From the NCBI RefSeq assembly GCF_009834535.1, contig NC_045697.1, positions 92,010,001 through 92,074,000 of the forward strand: a DNA stretch of 64,000 nucleotides, in the 5' to 3' direction. The position numbers and the translations under genes are program-made. Below, in pieces: positions 52,472 through 64,000 of this stretch (its first letter is position 1; each line of letters begins with the position of its first letter). The stretch is from Camelus ferus. Taxonomy: Eukaryota. Under the pieces are notes generated by a model. The model was not told the origin of the DNA. It saw nothing but the letters and a program-made list of their open reading frames with translations, and ran no database searches.

Positions 52472-54839
52472 AAATTACTTTGTTTTAATTTCTGATATCT
52501 GATTAAGCTAGTTTTGGACCTGCCACATCAGTGTTCCTTTTCATGCTTTTCTTACTATTGCTCAGAACTAGTTCTTAATTTATGCTTTAAGAATGTTTAA
52601 CAAATCTAAAAAAAAATTATAGTTTTAGAATTGCATTAACTGTTGGAAACTTATCTGCACATTTCCCAAATATTACGGACAACATAAAATGCCATGTATA
52701 TGCATTTTTGGTTCTGGAAATGATAGGCAGAGGAGCTTCTTTGCACTTTACTATGACTCCAGATCAATTGGGGAATAATAAATAAAACAGGAAAAATGTG
52801 GCTGTAACTGTAATCTTAAATTTTCATTAAAAGGTGGAATAATTCTTTTCATAAATCCTCAAGGTCCTTACTCCATTATTTCTGGGGTAAAAGTAGAGAA
52901 TGGGACTGTCACATAAAGCACTCTATAGCCATACATACTCGTTTCCAAATGAAATGAGCCATACTTGATTTTTTCTGACAGCTACCGTGTGTGTGTGTGT
53001 AAAGAATTAGACTATATTTGGCTGTCACTCAAAATTCTGTCCAACTATGAAAAGTACATTTGTTTATGGATTGAAAAAGTTGAAAGAGGACAATATTTTT
53101 GCTAAGATTAGAACAGAAAAAAACTAGTCCTCTTAATAGGATAGTACTGTTTGTACACACACACACACACAAATGTACATATTGAAGCAACATCTTTCAC
53201 AATTCAACTTGACAAGAACCCAGAGCTTGGTTAGGAGTGTATTAGTTACTTCATTTGTGTTGCTGCAGATCCCCTGGCCTCATCTGTCTCTTATTTCAGG
53301 CACCACTGCAGTGACTAGTTCTGCGTAATAAGCTCTGACAGCTTGTTGAAGACTTAACCTAGTTTTAGACTTGTGCCTCTCAGTGACATTCGTGCAAACT
53401 CCAGATTCAGGGGCATTAGCACTTTGTGGGATGAGTCATTGACTAATGGGGAAAGGAAGCTGATGGATAAATGTTTCTTCTTTCTACCCTCAAAGGAGTG
53501 ATACACTTGCCTGAGGGGAGTAATCTTCCTTGATGATAGTCCTCCAGGCCCCTTCCTGGTTGCTTTGAATGCTTTTATCTGCCTTTGCAACTGACAGATC
53601 TTTCTGGGTAGAATTTTCTGATTTTACTATGGCATTGTTGCCTCAGTATAATTTGGTATGCATTTTTCAACTTGCCTTAATCAAAATCACTTCGAGTGAT
53701 ATCTTCTATTCAAGCAGTTTGAGACCCCCAACTCTTAACATTTTTTCCCAGAACTTACTACCTAAGGGAAGAGTCTTTTGAGGGTCTGCACACCCTCTGC
53801 AAAATATTCACCAAAATGTCCATAAGACAAAATACGTACAGAAAGCTAACTTAAAGATTCAATGGAAATGCTTACAAACTTCATAGGAAAAGAGTTTTAC
53901 ATTTCTGAATCTTTCTTAATCAAAATCCAGAGTGTTTATTAACTCTAAACTAAGCTTGCAAGATATTTACTCTAAAACTGATATGTAAAATGTTAACCAG
54001 CTCTTGTTCTTCTTAAGTGTTATTTTCTCTCATTTAAAACTTCTGATGTCAAAAGAAGACTTCCAGAGTCTAATCATTATTCGTCTCCTGGTAGACTTCA
54101 CCAGGAAGTCTTTAGGTGGCTCTTCCCTTAGGACATAATCAGGCCATTGAATGCATTACCCATTAGTGCTTTAAACAGCCTCCTCTGAGCCAAAAGCATG
54201 ACTGTGCCTCCCACAGCACTTATCTGAGAGTATCTCAGTACTCACTATTCCTGAAATGCTGAGCAAATGTGTATTTAACATGCACTCCACTTTTTGAATC
54301 TGAAAAAAAAATTGAATATCTACAATCATTTTATTAATTATAGTATTTGTAAATAGTTCAGATTCCAAAGTGAATTTGTATAACTATTTGTCATCGCTGT
54401 CTGAAAACTATTGCTGCTGCGTATTCACAAAAAGGCATTTTATAGGCGCTAATAGGGTTTCAGAGATTTGGTTAGACATGCCCTCAAGGAGCTCATAGTC
54501 TCATGAAGGAGTTTACAGTCTATGAAATTGCCTTTTGCAATTGCCTGGAAACACCAGGTACTTTGATTTCTAATCCCTCCATTTAATTTAGTCTTAAAAG
54601 ACATGAGAAAGAAGAAAATAAGATATTTTAGAATAGTTGGAAATTTAGAAACTGTAGCTCATAAAAAGTCAGTCATTTGAAGTTGTTGTTTAGATTAAAT
54701 GTCTACTAATTCCAAGCAGATTTTGGAGGATTCACATTGCTTCTACATTACTTATTTTTGGCGAGTAAAATTTCACAAACATCAGCCTACAAATAAAAAT
54801 TAATTCCTTGGATTAACAGGGTTTCTACACATGCATCTG

Positions 54840-55345
54840 TTTGTTTGCTTATCTAGCAAATAGTTAATGAGTGTTTGCTATGGACCAGATATTGTGTAAA
54901 ATGCCAAGGATTCAAGAGTGAACAAGACAGAAAGGATCCGTTTTCATGGAATTTGGTAGAATATTTCAGTAAATGAGTAAACAAATATGAAAGGAAATTT
55001 TAAATTGTGTAAAGCAAATAAAAGGGTGATGCATTAAGAAATACATGCGGCTCTATTTTAGACAAGGTGTTTGGGGGAAGTTCTCTAAGGAGATGACACT
55101 TAAGCTAAACAGGATAGGTAAATCAAAATGAGACAGGCAAAATTCTGGGGAAAACATTTCAGAAGAGGCAGAGGAACACCAAGTGACTTGCAGGACCTCT
55201 CCCAGCTGTGGTACAGGGGATGGAGTAAGTGTTAAGAAAGCTCGGAGTTGGAAGCGGAGGCCACATCTTGCAGGGCCTGAAGGCCATGATGAGCCATTTT
55301 ATTCTAAATGCAATGGGAATCCAATGAAGAATTTTGAGCATTATT
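54840..55345 (-). mobile_element. L2 fragment
   Basis: agcaaatagttaatgagtgtttgctatggaccag...ttttattctaaatgcaatgggaatccaatgaagaattttgagca. Confidence 0.75.
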
Positions 55346-56765
55346 TAGATTAATAGAGGTAAGACAGCCAGTTATATCATTTCTAAAAGAGCATTGAAAT
55401 ACACAGAGCTTCAGCTCAGTGTACATACCTCTTTTGAAAATATGATAGAACAACTGTAGATTTTGAGAAGTTGATGTGATGGATTAATACCTGACAAACA
55501 GCAGAAAGATCAATGGGTAATGAAACCAGGTGGGATCACATGACTCTAGGTCTGGGGACATGAATGCAACCTGGAGAAAAGGGAAGTTCTAAAGAAATAC
55601 TAAAGAGGATGCTGTGTTGCTCAAACTCCCTCCTGGAAAAAAGGAGTATCTGGTGGAATTTAGTTTAGAAGAGATAAATATTAAAAAAATCTGTCTGAGA
55701 TGATGAAAATTGTTGGGGAAAATAGAATCAATGAGAAAGATACTTTTTTCCAAAGAATAGTTACAGAACGTAAAGAAGAAAGATGACTATATGGAACCTA
55801 TCCTCACATAACTTGAGAAGGCTTACATTATAATAGCTCTTTTAATCAAATTGTGTGGAATAATTGAAAATGTAATGTGAAGAAAGGTAGGGGGAGTTCA
55901 TACTACATTCCCAAGTTTACAGTCTAGAACTCAGAGAGTAGGATTGCATGAACCAGGGAAATTTCTGTTTGAAGATACTTTGGAAGTGTTCATCATGGGT
56001 ACAATGGCCTGAAAAAGAGAGTTGATCCTCACAATCCATCAAAATCAAAATTCATCAAAATCATTAACAGTCTTTTCTAACTAACGACCAAACAAGTGGA
56101 GGAAAGAAGGCTAATCACTGGGAAGAAACCTCAGGTGCACTGGGTGAAGGCCTGGGGAGATAATGAAGAAAATTGTAGAGAAAAAAATCAAGAGAAAGGT
56201 AGTTTCGAGATAGTAAAATGGAAAATTAATGCAGAGAAACAGACACATCCCAAATGTAGGAAGATCTATGCAAGTGATTATGCACATGAAGAGAAAGGGG
56301 TTAAGGGTTGAGGTTTCTTACAAGTAAAAATGCCCAAAGGCGTTATCTCATGTCAGTCTGAGGTTCATTACCAGAAAATGATTAGAATCAGTGCTACAAA
56401 GTCAAGAGGTACCTTAATGGAGAATTTGGCTTATGAAAAACAGTAACAGAATTAATGAAGGAGCTTTAACCTTTAAGTTCAATACATATTTAATTCTGTT
56501 TGTCTGGGCGAAACTTAAATATAAGGAAAGTAATTTATTGTTAAAGCCATGTAAAGTGCAGTGATTATTATGCTAATAAGACTGGATAAGTAAAATCTCT
56601 TGCTTTGTAAATGTCATAGATTAAAAATGGATCGTGCTAATAATTAAAGTAATGACAATTTTATGATTTTAACACAGATCATTTTACTCCAGCTTTAATT
56701 GTCTTTTCTAATTTAACAATTTTATTTTAATTATGGGGAGTCATATATAATTATTTTGAACTTAG

Positions 56766-56881
56766 CAACATTATTCAGGAGTACCACAGTTTAAAGCCTT
56801 ACACTGGATATTTAAAAGACATGGATCTCTTCACAATGCTGGTTGAAGATTTTTCTAAAGGAATGGACAGCTTAAAATTAG
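56766..56881 (+). other. Candidate exon (116 nt) with one open frame
   Basis: ttattttgaacttag|...TTAG|gtaaga. One frame is open throughout (NIIQEYHSLKPYTGYLKDMDLFTMLVEDFSKGMDSLKL); the other two have stops. Peptide not recognised. Confidence 0.3.
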
Positions 56882-57449
56882 GTAAGAGGACTTTTATTAG
56901 AGGACAATTTGCTTTAACAGTTGCTGCTTTTTGGTTTTCTGTCTTGAAGGCTGTTCATGCCTAAGTGGCTCTCATACTTTGAATCAATTATCTCTGGTAT
57001 TTGCAATTAGCATACTGGTCACTTTGTAGCTGCTCTCAAGTCTGAAATGTTCAGATTAGATAAAAGAAATTAACTCATTTGTGCCCTTTAATATGAATAT
57101 TATGTATTTCCAAATTTTCATAGATTATCTTTGAAAATAGTTCAATTTTATAAGTGAACCAGATGAAGAAAGTTAGATTATGTGTGTGATGTTTTAGGGA
57201 AAATGAATATTTTACAATAGATTAAAAAATCTTCCTAATTCTACTACCTAAATATTTCAGAAATTATTTTCCCCTCTTTATCCTCGCCCCCTTCAGCTAT
57301 ATTACATCTATCCTAATTTAGGCACAAGTCTAACCCTCTGCATTCAGTTTCTCTCCTCCATTTTTGCCTGAATATTACTTACTTGTCCTTCAATACCCAT
57401 CACGGTATAACTTCTTAAAGTATTACTTCCTAAACTCTCTTCTCATTTT

Positions 57450-57865
57450 TGTGTATTCCCACTAACAAAATCCTAGTTTGATTATGTTATCTAGCCTTCA
57501 GGGAAGGTTAAGATTGGCCTAAACTTAAGATAAAGTTAGATTGGCTAAACTTTGTCAGTGATTAACGAGAAATGTAATAACATTTAATTGTAGCCAATGA
57601 GACATAAAACATCTGCTGGACACTTTCTAGGGAAGGTTTATTTGGAGAGAGAGAGAGAGAGAAAATAATGAATGAATGAATGAAAATGAATAGAAAAGAG
57701 CAGCTCTTCTTTGAACGCCAGACTTGTATGTCTAGATGTGATTACTGAATCTGCTGCAGGATGAAACCAACTTAGAAAAAGAAATTGCTAAAAGAATCAT
57801 AAAGAAGCTGAGCTGGAGTTTTAGTTTGCAGAGCCTAGAGCCTGCCCTACTGATAAGCTTCTTGA
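57450..57865 (+). mobile_element. Old MaLR LTR (MLT1K/L-like)
   Basis: gccaatgagacataa...tctgctgg...ttctagggaaggttt...gagcctgccctac, with internal (GA)n and (GAAT)n expansions. Confidence 0.55.
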
Positions 57866-57964
57866 CATTTTTTTATGTTATGTTATTTATTTAAAATATG
57901 TCAGGCTTGTTTGTTTCTGTTTGTATTCATTTTTATAGATTTCCCCATCCTGTTGATTTGAGTT

Positions 57965-58340
57965 TTTTAAAGTACGCAAAATATCAACACATGTCCAAAA
58001 GTCAGAACTACAAAAAGATATAGTCAGGAACATGTCTCTCTCTCCTAACCCTCTGCCCCTTTCTCACCCACCTCCTCGTGGAACCAATTTCATTAGTTTC
58101 TGTTTTATTCTTCCTGTGTTTGTTTTGCAGAAATTAGAAGATTCAAGTAAATTTTATTTCCCTTCTTTCTTATACAAAATATAGCAAGCATATTATATGT
58201 ACTTTTTGTACTTTGCTTTTTCTGGTTAACATTATGTCTTCCTAATCACTCCAATTTGGTTTATAGAAAATTTCCTTATTTGTTTTTTTATACCTGTATA
58301 GTATTCCATTGTATGGATATTCCACAGTTAGGCTATGAAT
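57965..58340 (-). mobile_element. L1ME 3' end
   Basis: ccaatttcattagtttctgttttattcttcctg...tatagtattccattgtatggatattccaca. Confidence 0.65.
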
Positions 58341-58694
58341 CTCCTTATCTTCTTGTCATTTGACATAATCAATCTCCTTTATATTTAAGCTATTTGAGTT
58401 ATTTAAATTACATCCAACTGCTATACATAGAGCTGACTACATCTGAAATAGGTAAAATTACTGATGATGGAACTTGGGACATGGAATATGTTTCTCTTTC
58501 TTTAAAACATTGTCCATACTTCCCACAAAGGGTAGCTGAAGATGAAGAGAAGATAACATAAACTACCAGATTTTATATAAATCTAGCCAGATATGAGAAG
58601 AAAGCAAAAGTCCAGGTTTTGAGTAACTAAAAGAAATGATATGGCTTCATCTTGTTATTTCCTGATTTCTTCAACATATGATTTGGAAAAATAC

Positions 58695-58920
58695 GTATAT
58701 TAGTTTTCTATGACTGTTAACACATTACAGCACATTTAGTGGCTTAAAACAATACACATTTATTATCTCATAGTTTCTGTGGCCAAGATTTTGGTCATGC
58801 CTTACCTGGTCCTCTGATCAGGGTCTCACAGGGCTATAATAAGGTGTTGGCCAGGGCTGCATTCTCACATGGAGTCTCCTTGGGGAGAATTCATTTCCAA
58901 GCTCATTCAGAATGTTAGCA
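58695..58920 (-). mobile_element. MaLR LTR (MLT1F-like), left piece
   Basis: tagtggcttaaaacaatacacatttattatctcatagtttctgtgg...agggtctcaca...ttccaagctcattcag. Confidence 0.8.
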
Positions 58921-59356
58921 TTACAATAAGTGAAATAAGCCAGAGAAAGACAAATACTGTGTGGTATCCCTTATATGTGGAATCTAAAAAGAGAAGAATA
59001 TCAAACTCAGAGAGTAGAAAGTGGTTACCAGGGGTAGGGGAGGCAGGTGTTAGAAATAGGGAGAGACTGGTAAGAGGGTACAAACTTTCAGCTACAAGAT
59101 GAGCAAGATCTGAGGATTCAGTATATAACATGGTGACTACAGTTGACAGCACTGTATTATATAATTGAAATTTGCTAGAGAATAGGACTTAAATGTTTTC
59201 ATATACACAAAAATGTAGATATGTGAAATGGTGGATGTGATAACTAGATGGGGGAAATCTTTTCAAAATGTATACATATATCAAACCATCATGATACATG
59301 CTTTAAATATCTTTCAGTTTTATTGGCCAATTATACCTCAGTAAAGCTGAAAAATA
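58921..59356 (+). mobile_element. L1MA/MB-type 3' end interrupting the MLT1
   Basis: taagtgaaataagccagagaaagacaaatactg...gggtacaaactttcagctacaagatgag...caattatacctcagtaaagctgaaaaa. Confidence 0.88.
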
Positions 59357-59495
59357 TCATAACCTAATTATGAGACTTTTGTCATATTCTGTTAGAATCA
59401 GATTACTGGTCGCAATCACTCTCAAGAGGAGGGAAATATTCAGTGTGTAACACTAAAGAATGGAGATCATGCAGGCCATCTTAGAACTCTATTAT
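59357..59495 (-). mobile_element. MaLR LTR (MLT1F-like), right piece
   Basis: ataacctaatt...catattctgttag...cactctcaagaggaggg...gatcatgcaggccatcttaga. Confidence 0.65.
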
Positions 59496-60369
59496 AGTGA
59501 AATAATTCAAAGGATTAGTGAACATTATTTGTACCACTGGCTAGAAGCAAATTGGATGTCACAATGACATTGGGAACTAGATTAAAGTAATGGAGAGACA
59601 ACTGCTTTATGTGACTATTCCTTGCAAACATTGCACAAATTTATTGATAAAAGTTATAAGAATATATAATAAAAAAAACTTTGCCTTTAAGCAAAAGTTG
59701 GATGTGATTATGTTGAATATTTTCAATGATGCTTATATTTTATAAATATGTATTTATATCTATAAAAAACACAATGAAAGAAAACAACACCATCCCTAAA
59801 GTTCCTGAAAGATTAACCCTGCTATTGTGCTGACCTGATTCTGTCTCATTTAGCCTCTTTCCCCTACTGAAACAATTATTTTATAACTTGATATTCAATG
59901 AGGAAATTTCTTTCCATTGAGATTCTGACATTATAGCAGAGAGAATATTTTGAAATGATTGAGATTAATGAGACAAAATACAAAGGTAACCCTTGGGCCC
60001 AACACAACATTATGTTTGTAACATTTAGGGACTGGGTTAGTATATTTAAATGGCAGCAAGAACCTACAGAAGTAGTTTCTGCTTCTGGTTTCTGCTAGAC
60101 GTCCTACCTAGTGATAAGCTCACCTAAACTGAAAGAGTTTAACAGTGAACTCTTCTGTGTGTCTTCTATTTAAGGAGAACCAGAGTGAACTCAGATATGC
60201 AGAATATGACCTTTCCTCAAGTGTGAACCAGCTTTATATTTACATAATGACTTAAATGATTAAATGATTTTCTGAGGAAGTATGCTTATCCCAGTGCTGG
60301 TAAAAAAAATATAATAAAAACAAAAAACAGCAACATCAACAAAAGCCAGGTAATGCTTCTTAAGTCTGA

Positions 60370-60600
60370 TTTTGTGCCAGAAACTCTGGGTTCTAACAAG
60401 AAAGCCATGTATGATATTCCATTTAGTCCTTACACTAACCTTATAGGGAAGATTCTGTTACTATCTTCAATATCTGGATGAAGAAACAGAAAGAAATAGG
60501 AGTTAGATAGCCTACCTAAGGATGCATAGATATTATCATATTCCAAACTAACCTGGGCAGTCTGACTCCAAAGCTCACCAGCTGAACTGTGCTATTATTG
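60370..60600 (-). mobile_element. MIR SINE
   Basis: catttagtccttacactaaccttatag...gatgaagaaacaga...cagtctgactccaaagctca. Confidence 0.75.
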
Positions 60601-61476
60601 TTATTTCAAAGAATGGAGATAATCTTGCCTGGTACTGATTGTATCTACTGTGGATAAGGGACACATTAATACAAATATGAAGGCATCTGTTGCTTTAGGT
60701 GGCAGATGAAACTCTTCAGTAACTTGAGATATTTGATGTATTGATCATTAGGACTGTATTGTCCATAATCCTGGACAACTCTCAGCGAAATGTACATCAG
60801 GAATTTTTCAGTTTCTGTATTAATGGAGATATTGGGATACTTATGCTCCTGTTGATAGAAAGGGATATAAATGCAGGCAGATTGGAGAATAATGAAGAAG
60901 ATATTTAATGTTAAAGGGACTAATTTAGACTATATTTTTGAAGGTTTCCCTGAGTTGTAATTGGAATTGGACATTGACTAGTGCTATGGAGTGAAAGAAC
61001 AGATACCATGAAATGAATAAAATAGAAGACTTTGTGAGCCGAGTTTTCTCTTCCTCTTCTATATACTCTTAAGATTAATCACCTATAGATTAAAAGAGAT
61101 TTTTTTATTGACAGCAATAAATTAAATATTTCCAAAACTGCAGTTGGGTAGGAAAGATTTCCAAAGAAATTGTTCAGCATGGTTTAGAGAAAATCTCCTC
61201 TGGGGTGAATTTTTCACTTGTCATTGGATCGCCTTGCCATAATGCAGACACAGTTTAAAAGTGAAAATAAAAATGCATTTAGTGACCTCTGAAGGGTGTT
61301 GGGAAAATACACTACCATTTTGTATATAGCTTTCAATATGAAGTGTGAAAGGTATTTTGGAATTGTTCAAAAACCAATCTTGAAACTTCAAGCAAGGTTA
61401 AGAAATATGTCTATACTATTGAGGGTTTCCACCAAACCATAGGGACCTGACAGTTTTATACGGTTTTGCTATTTAG

Positions 61477-61500
61477 AAAAAAAAAAAAAAAAAAAAAAAA
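61477..61500. repeat. Poly(A)24
   Basis: Read directly. Confidence 0.95.
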
Positions 61501-62641
61501 GACACTGCAAATAAGGAAATTTTCCTACTAGCTGTAGAGGCATTTAAGGACAGAAGGATTAGGGATGTATAAGGTTACTCAGAGATATTTACTGAATCTT
61601 AATACTCAATTTTCAGTATTTTCTGTTTATTTTCAGAATCTTTTATTACTGACTTCAATTGTTTTTTCAGTAAATCTAAATTGTAAGTATTAGTCTCTTT
61701 GATAACCAAAATATAGCCCAATAGCTCTTAACTTTTTAAATGCAAAAGGTACTTATTTTAATAGGCTAAACAGTACAAATCATTTTTTAATATACTGTAT
61801 ATTGATGAATCTTATGGAGAGGATTGGCAAAGTAGGTTAATATCCAATGGTATTTTTTTCTTTCACAGCCATTTTCTATTGACAAATAATGATGTTGCCT
61901 GTGTGTGTTGAAGGGAGGTGAAATGAACATTGTCAAATTCACTTTTCTAAAGCCTCTACGAGCTAAAGTGCTGCTTCCTCATGAGGCTTTCTGTTACATA
62001 ATTGGTGGCACGAGTTTATCACTGTTTCTCTCCTAACTCAAATAAAGCTATTTCAACTTCTGTATAAATATAATCCTTCCTGCTTCAATATGTGAGTAAA
62101 AAAAGAGTCTTTTAAGGACAGGCTCAGTGTTTTTCCTTTGGTGTTAAAAATGTTGCAATTATTGGAACAAACAAAGGGACAAACAATATCAGTTGATTAA
62201 ATGAGTTTCCTTTTTAAGTTACGAAATCTGTTTCTATCGAGGGACATCTGAAAGAACTAAATGGCTTTTGAATAAAAGGAAAGCCAATTCTCTCTCATTA
62301 CATAATTAGGTCGGTGGAGATTTACTCTTTGTTTTGGGTTTCATGGATAATGGGGTACTTTGACCATTATGGAAAATTTGTCTTGAGCTGATGGAAATAT
62401 TAATCTATTTTTATACTGATAATAAGTTCAGCTGTTTTGACATTCTGATTGGTAATTAGACAACTTATTCTGAGTACATTAACAGTTATATATAGTATTA
62501 CGAAGAAAAGGTGCATTTGTTAAACACTCAGTTTTACATTTCTAAATTTTCCTCTTCAATACCTGGTTTTAGAATTAAAATTTTTTTAGTATAACTGTGT
62601 GTGTGTGTTTTAAAAACAAAGATGAAAATTATTAGCTTTAC

Positions 62642-62852
62642 CTGAAGTTTATTTCATAACAGTATCTTTTGTTCTTTTTCACTTCCCTCTTTGAGATCTT
62701 ACTACTTCTACTTTATTTATATTTCAGTATTTTTTCAATTAACTTATTAGTTCATAATTCTTGACTTCCTTAACTTCTAAAACTTTCCTCAGCTCTACTA
62801 GTGTGTTTCAGCCAATCACAAGTAGGGTTACTTCCCAGGTCTGTCAATATTT
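62642..62852 (-). promoter_or_regulatory. Candidate TATA promoter with short first exon
   Basis: NF-Y site agccaatca (62810-62818). Minus-strand TATAAATA (62721-62714). TCA initiator-like A at 62692, 29 nt downstream of the TATA. Donor CAG|gtaaag at 62642/62641. Forkhead-like AAATATTGAC at 62852-62843. Confidence 0.35.
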
Positions 62853-63104
62853 AACATGATTTCATGTACTTGGCCTTAAACTTTGAAACCCCTTTCTCTG
62901 ACCACAGCCTTTTATTTGCACACTCAATCAGCTGCTGCCTTCAACTGAACATGTGTTTTGCCCTTAAGTTCAACTCTTGCCTTTTACTGATCATCCTAGG
63001 GTAGAGTCTCCCACTGGTCATTCTTCCCCTAAACCACATCCCAGTCTTTTTTACTTCTGAACTCACAAATACATTAAAATTCAACCAAATTGTCTGCTTT
63101 TGGT

Positions 63105-63295
63105 TGTAAGTTCCACCATTTGCCACGCTGTTGTCTTAGTCAAGTTAGTTAATTTTTCAGTCTCCCAGTATACCTGCCAGGTGGGAAGTATAAAGTACCT
63201 CTCTCCTAGGCTTGCTGTGAAGATTAAATGAGATTACATGTGTTAGGGGGGAGCAGTGCCTGGAGCATACTGCCAAATACTACTGATATTATTTT
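63105..63295 (+). mobile_element. MIR SINE
   Basis: caagttagttaattttt...gtacctctctcctaggcttgctgtgaagattaaatgagat...cagtgcctggagcata. Confidence 0.8.
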
Positions 63296-63454
63296 ATCCC
63301 TTAACTATGATCTTGACAGGTCACAAACTTGAATAAATTCTGCTGCCCATTTTCTTATTACTTATGAATCACTGAATATTGTTGCAGTGTGATCTTGTAC
63401 TTTACCTCTACTATAAGGTATTGTTAAAATGTTGTATAATATTATGTATTTTTA

Positions 63455-63563
63455 TAGAGGATGACTATAGATCATGTTTATCATCCAAAACTGGGACACA
63501 TTTAGGGAGAAAAGAAGCTGCTATTAGCATTACACTGATTCTGTCTTGAGCAGTGTCATCCTA
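63455..63563. mobile_element. hAT-Blackjack MITE, MER81-like
   Basis: aggatgactata...tttatcatccaaaactgggacacatttagggagaaaag...gctattagcattac...gtcatccta. Degenerate terminal inverted repeats aggatgac/gtcatcct. Confidence 0.65.
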
Positions 63564-63631
63564 TTGTTATGTGAGCAAAATTGGCTGAAAATATGCTTCA
63601 TAGTCTATTTTTTGCAATTTCTGTTACCTAC

Positions 63632-64000
63632 TGTTGGGGAGGAAAAATAATTTTTCCTCTACCCTTCTAGGTTCTTGGCTGAGACATCCCCTGTGATAAA
63701 CAAGAGATTAACAGCAGAAAAACAAATTTATTAAGTATATACTGGAGGCCCAAAAGATGAGAGCCTCTGACAGCTAGGCTATTGAGGTTTATATGCCATC
63801 CTGAGCAAAGGAGAAGAGGCTAGGGGAATTTCAAAAGAGGAAAGGAAGACAATTCACAGTAAGCAAATAATCGTCAAGCCATGCAGAGACAAAGGGGCAC
63901 TGAGAGAAAGGTGGAGAAGCAGGCCTTGCTACGTTCCCTGAAGTTTATTACACTTAGCTCATACTTTTTGCAGTTATCTATGATAATAGCTGTTTTCTTG
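63632..64000 (-). mobile_element. ERV1-type LTR, truncated by the window edge
   Basis: tgttggggaggaaaaataatttttcctctacccttctaggttcttggctgagac...gattaacagcagaaaaacaaatttatt, with AATAAA on the minus strand. Confidence 0.7.

Noticed and set aside
54056..54112. Nested inverted repeats (aagacttcc/ggaagtctt; cctggt/accagg) as a structured RNA
   Set aside because: Stems are only 6-9 bp and partly mutually exclusive, which is expected by chance in 64 kb.
57507..57552. Duplicated gattggc(c)taaactt (two CCAAT boxes)
   Set aside because: A local tandem duplication inside an old MaLR LTR with no other promoter evidence.
761..63126. Short ORFs in the supplied six-frame track as genes
   Set aside because: They are 60-147 aa, often begin at non-ATG codons, are biased toward F/L/I/S from AT-rich DNA, and many lie in L1/L2/LTR repeats. 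None resembles a cellular protein I recognise.

Overview
AT-rich, CpG-poor mammalian non-coding DNA (intronic or intergenic). It is most likely camelid: it carries two tRNA-Ala(AGC)-derived vic-1-type SINEs and a cetartiodactyl-type L1 3' end. Much of the window is decayed interspersed repeat: L1M/HAL1, L2, MIR, L3/CR1, RTE-type remnants, MaLR/ERVL/ERV1 solo LTRs and hAT MITEs. I found no protein-coding gene, RNA gene, CRISPR array or prokaryote-type system. The ORF-track entries are chance ORFs or read through repeats. The best non-repeat signals are a minus-strand CCAAT-TATA-Inr-short exon-donor arrangement near 62.6-62.85 kb, a non-coding minus-strand exon candidate at 20174-20283, a RUNX/TCF/ETS/NFAT motif cluster near 31.7 kb, an RFX X-box at 43512, and two plus-strand exon candidates. 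One SINE has a perfect 20-bp target-site duplication (TSD). Repeat family names come from remembered consensus sequences, not a database search, and most repeat boundaries are approximate. I cannot support a claim of a novel biological system here.
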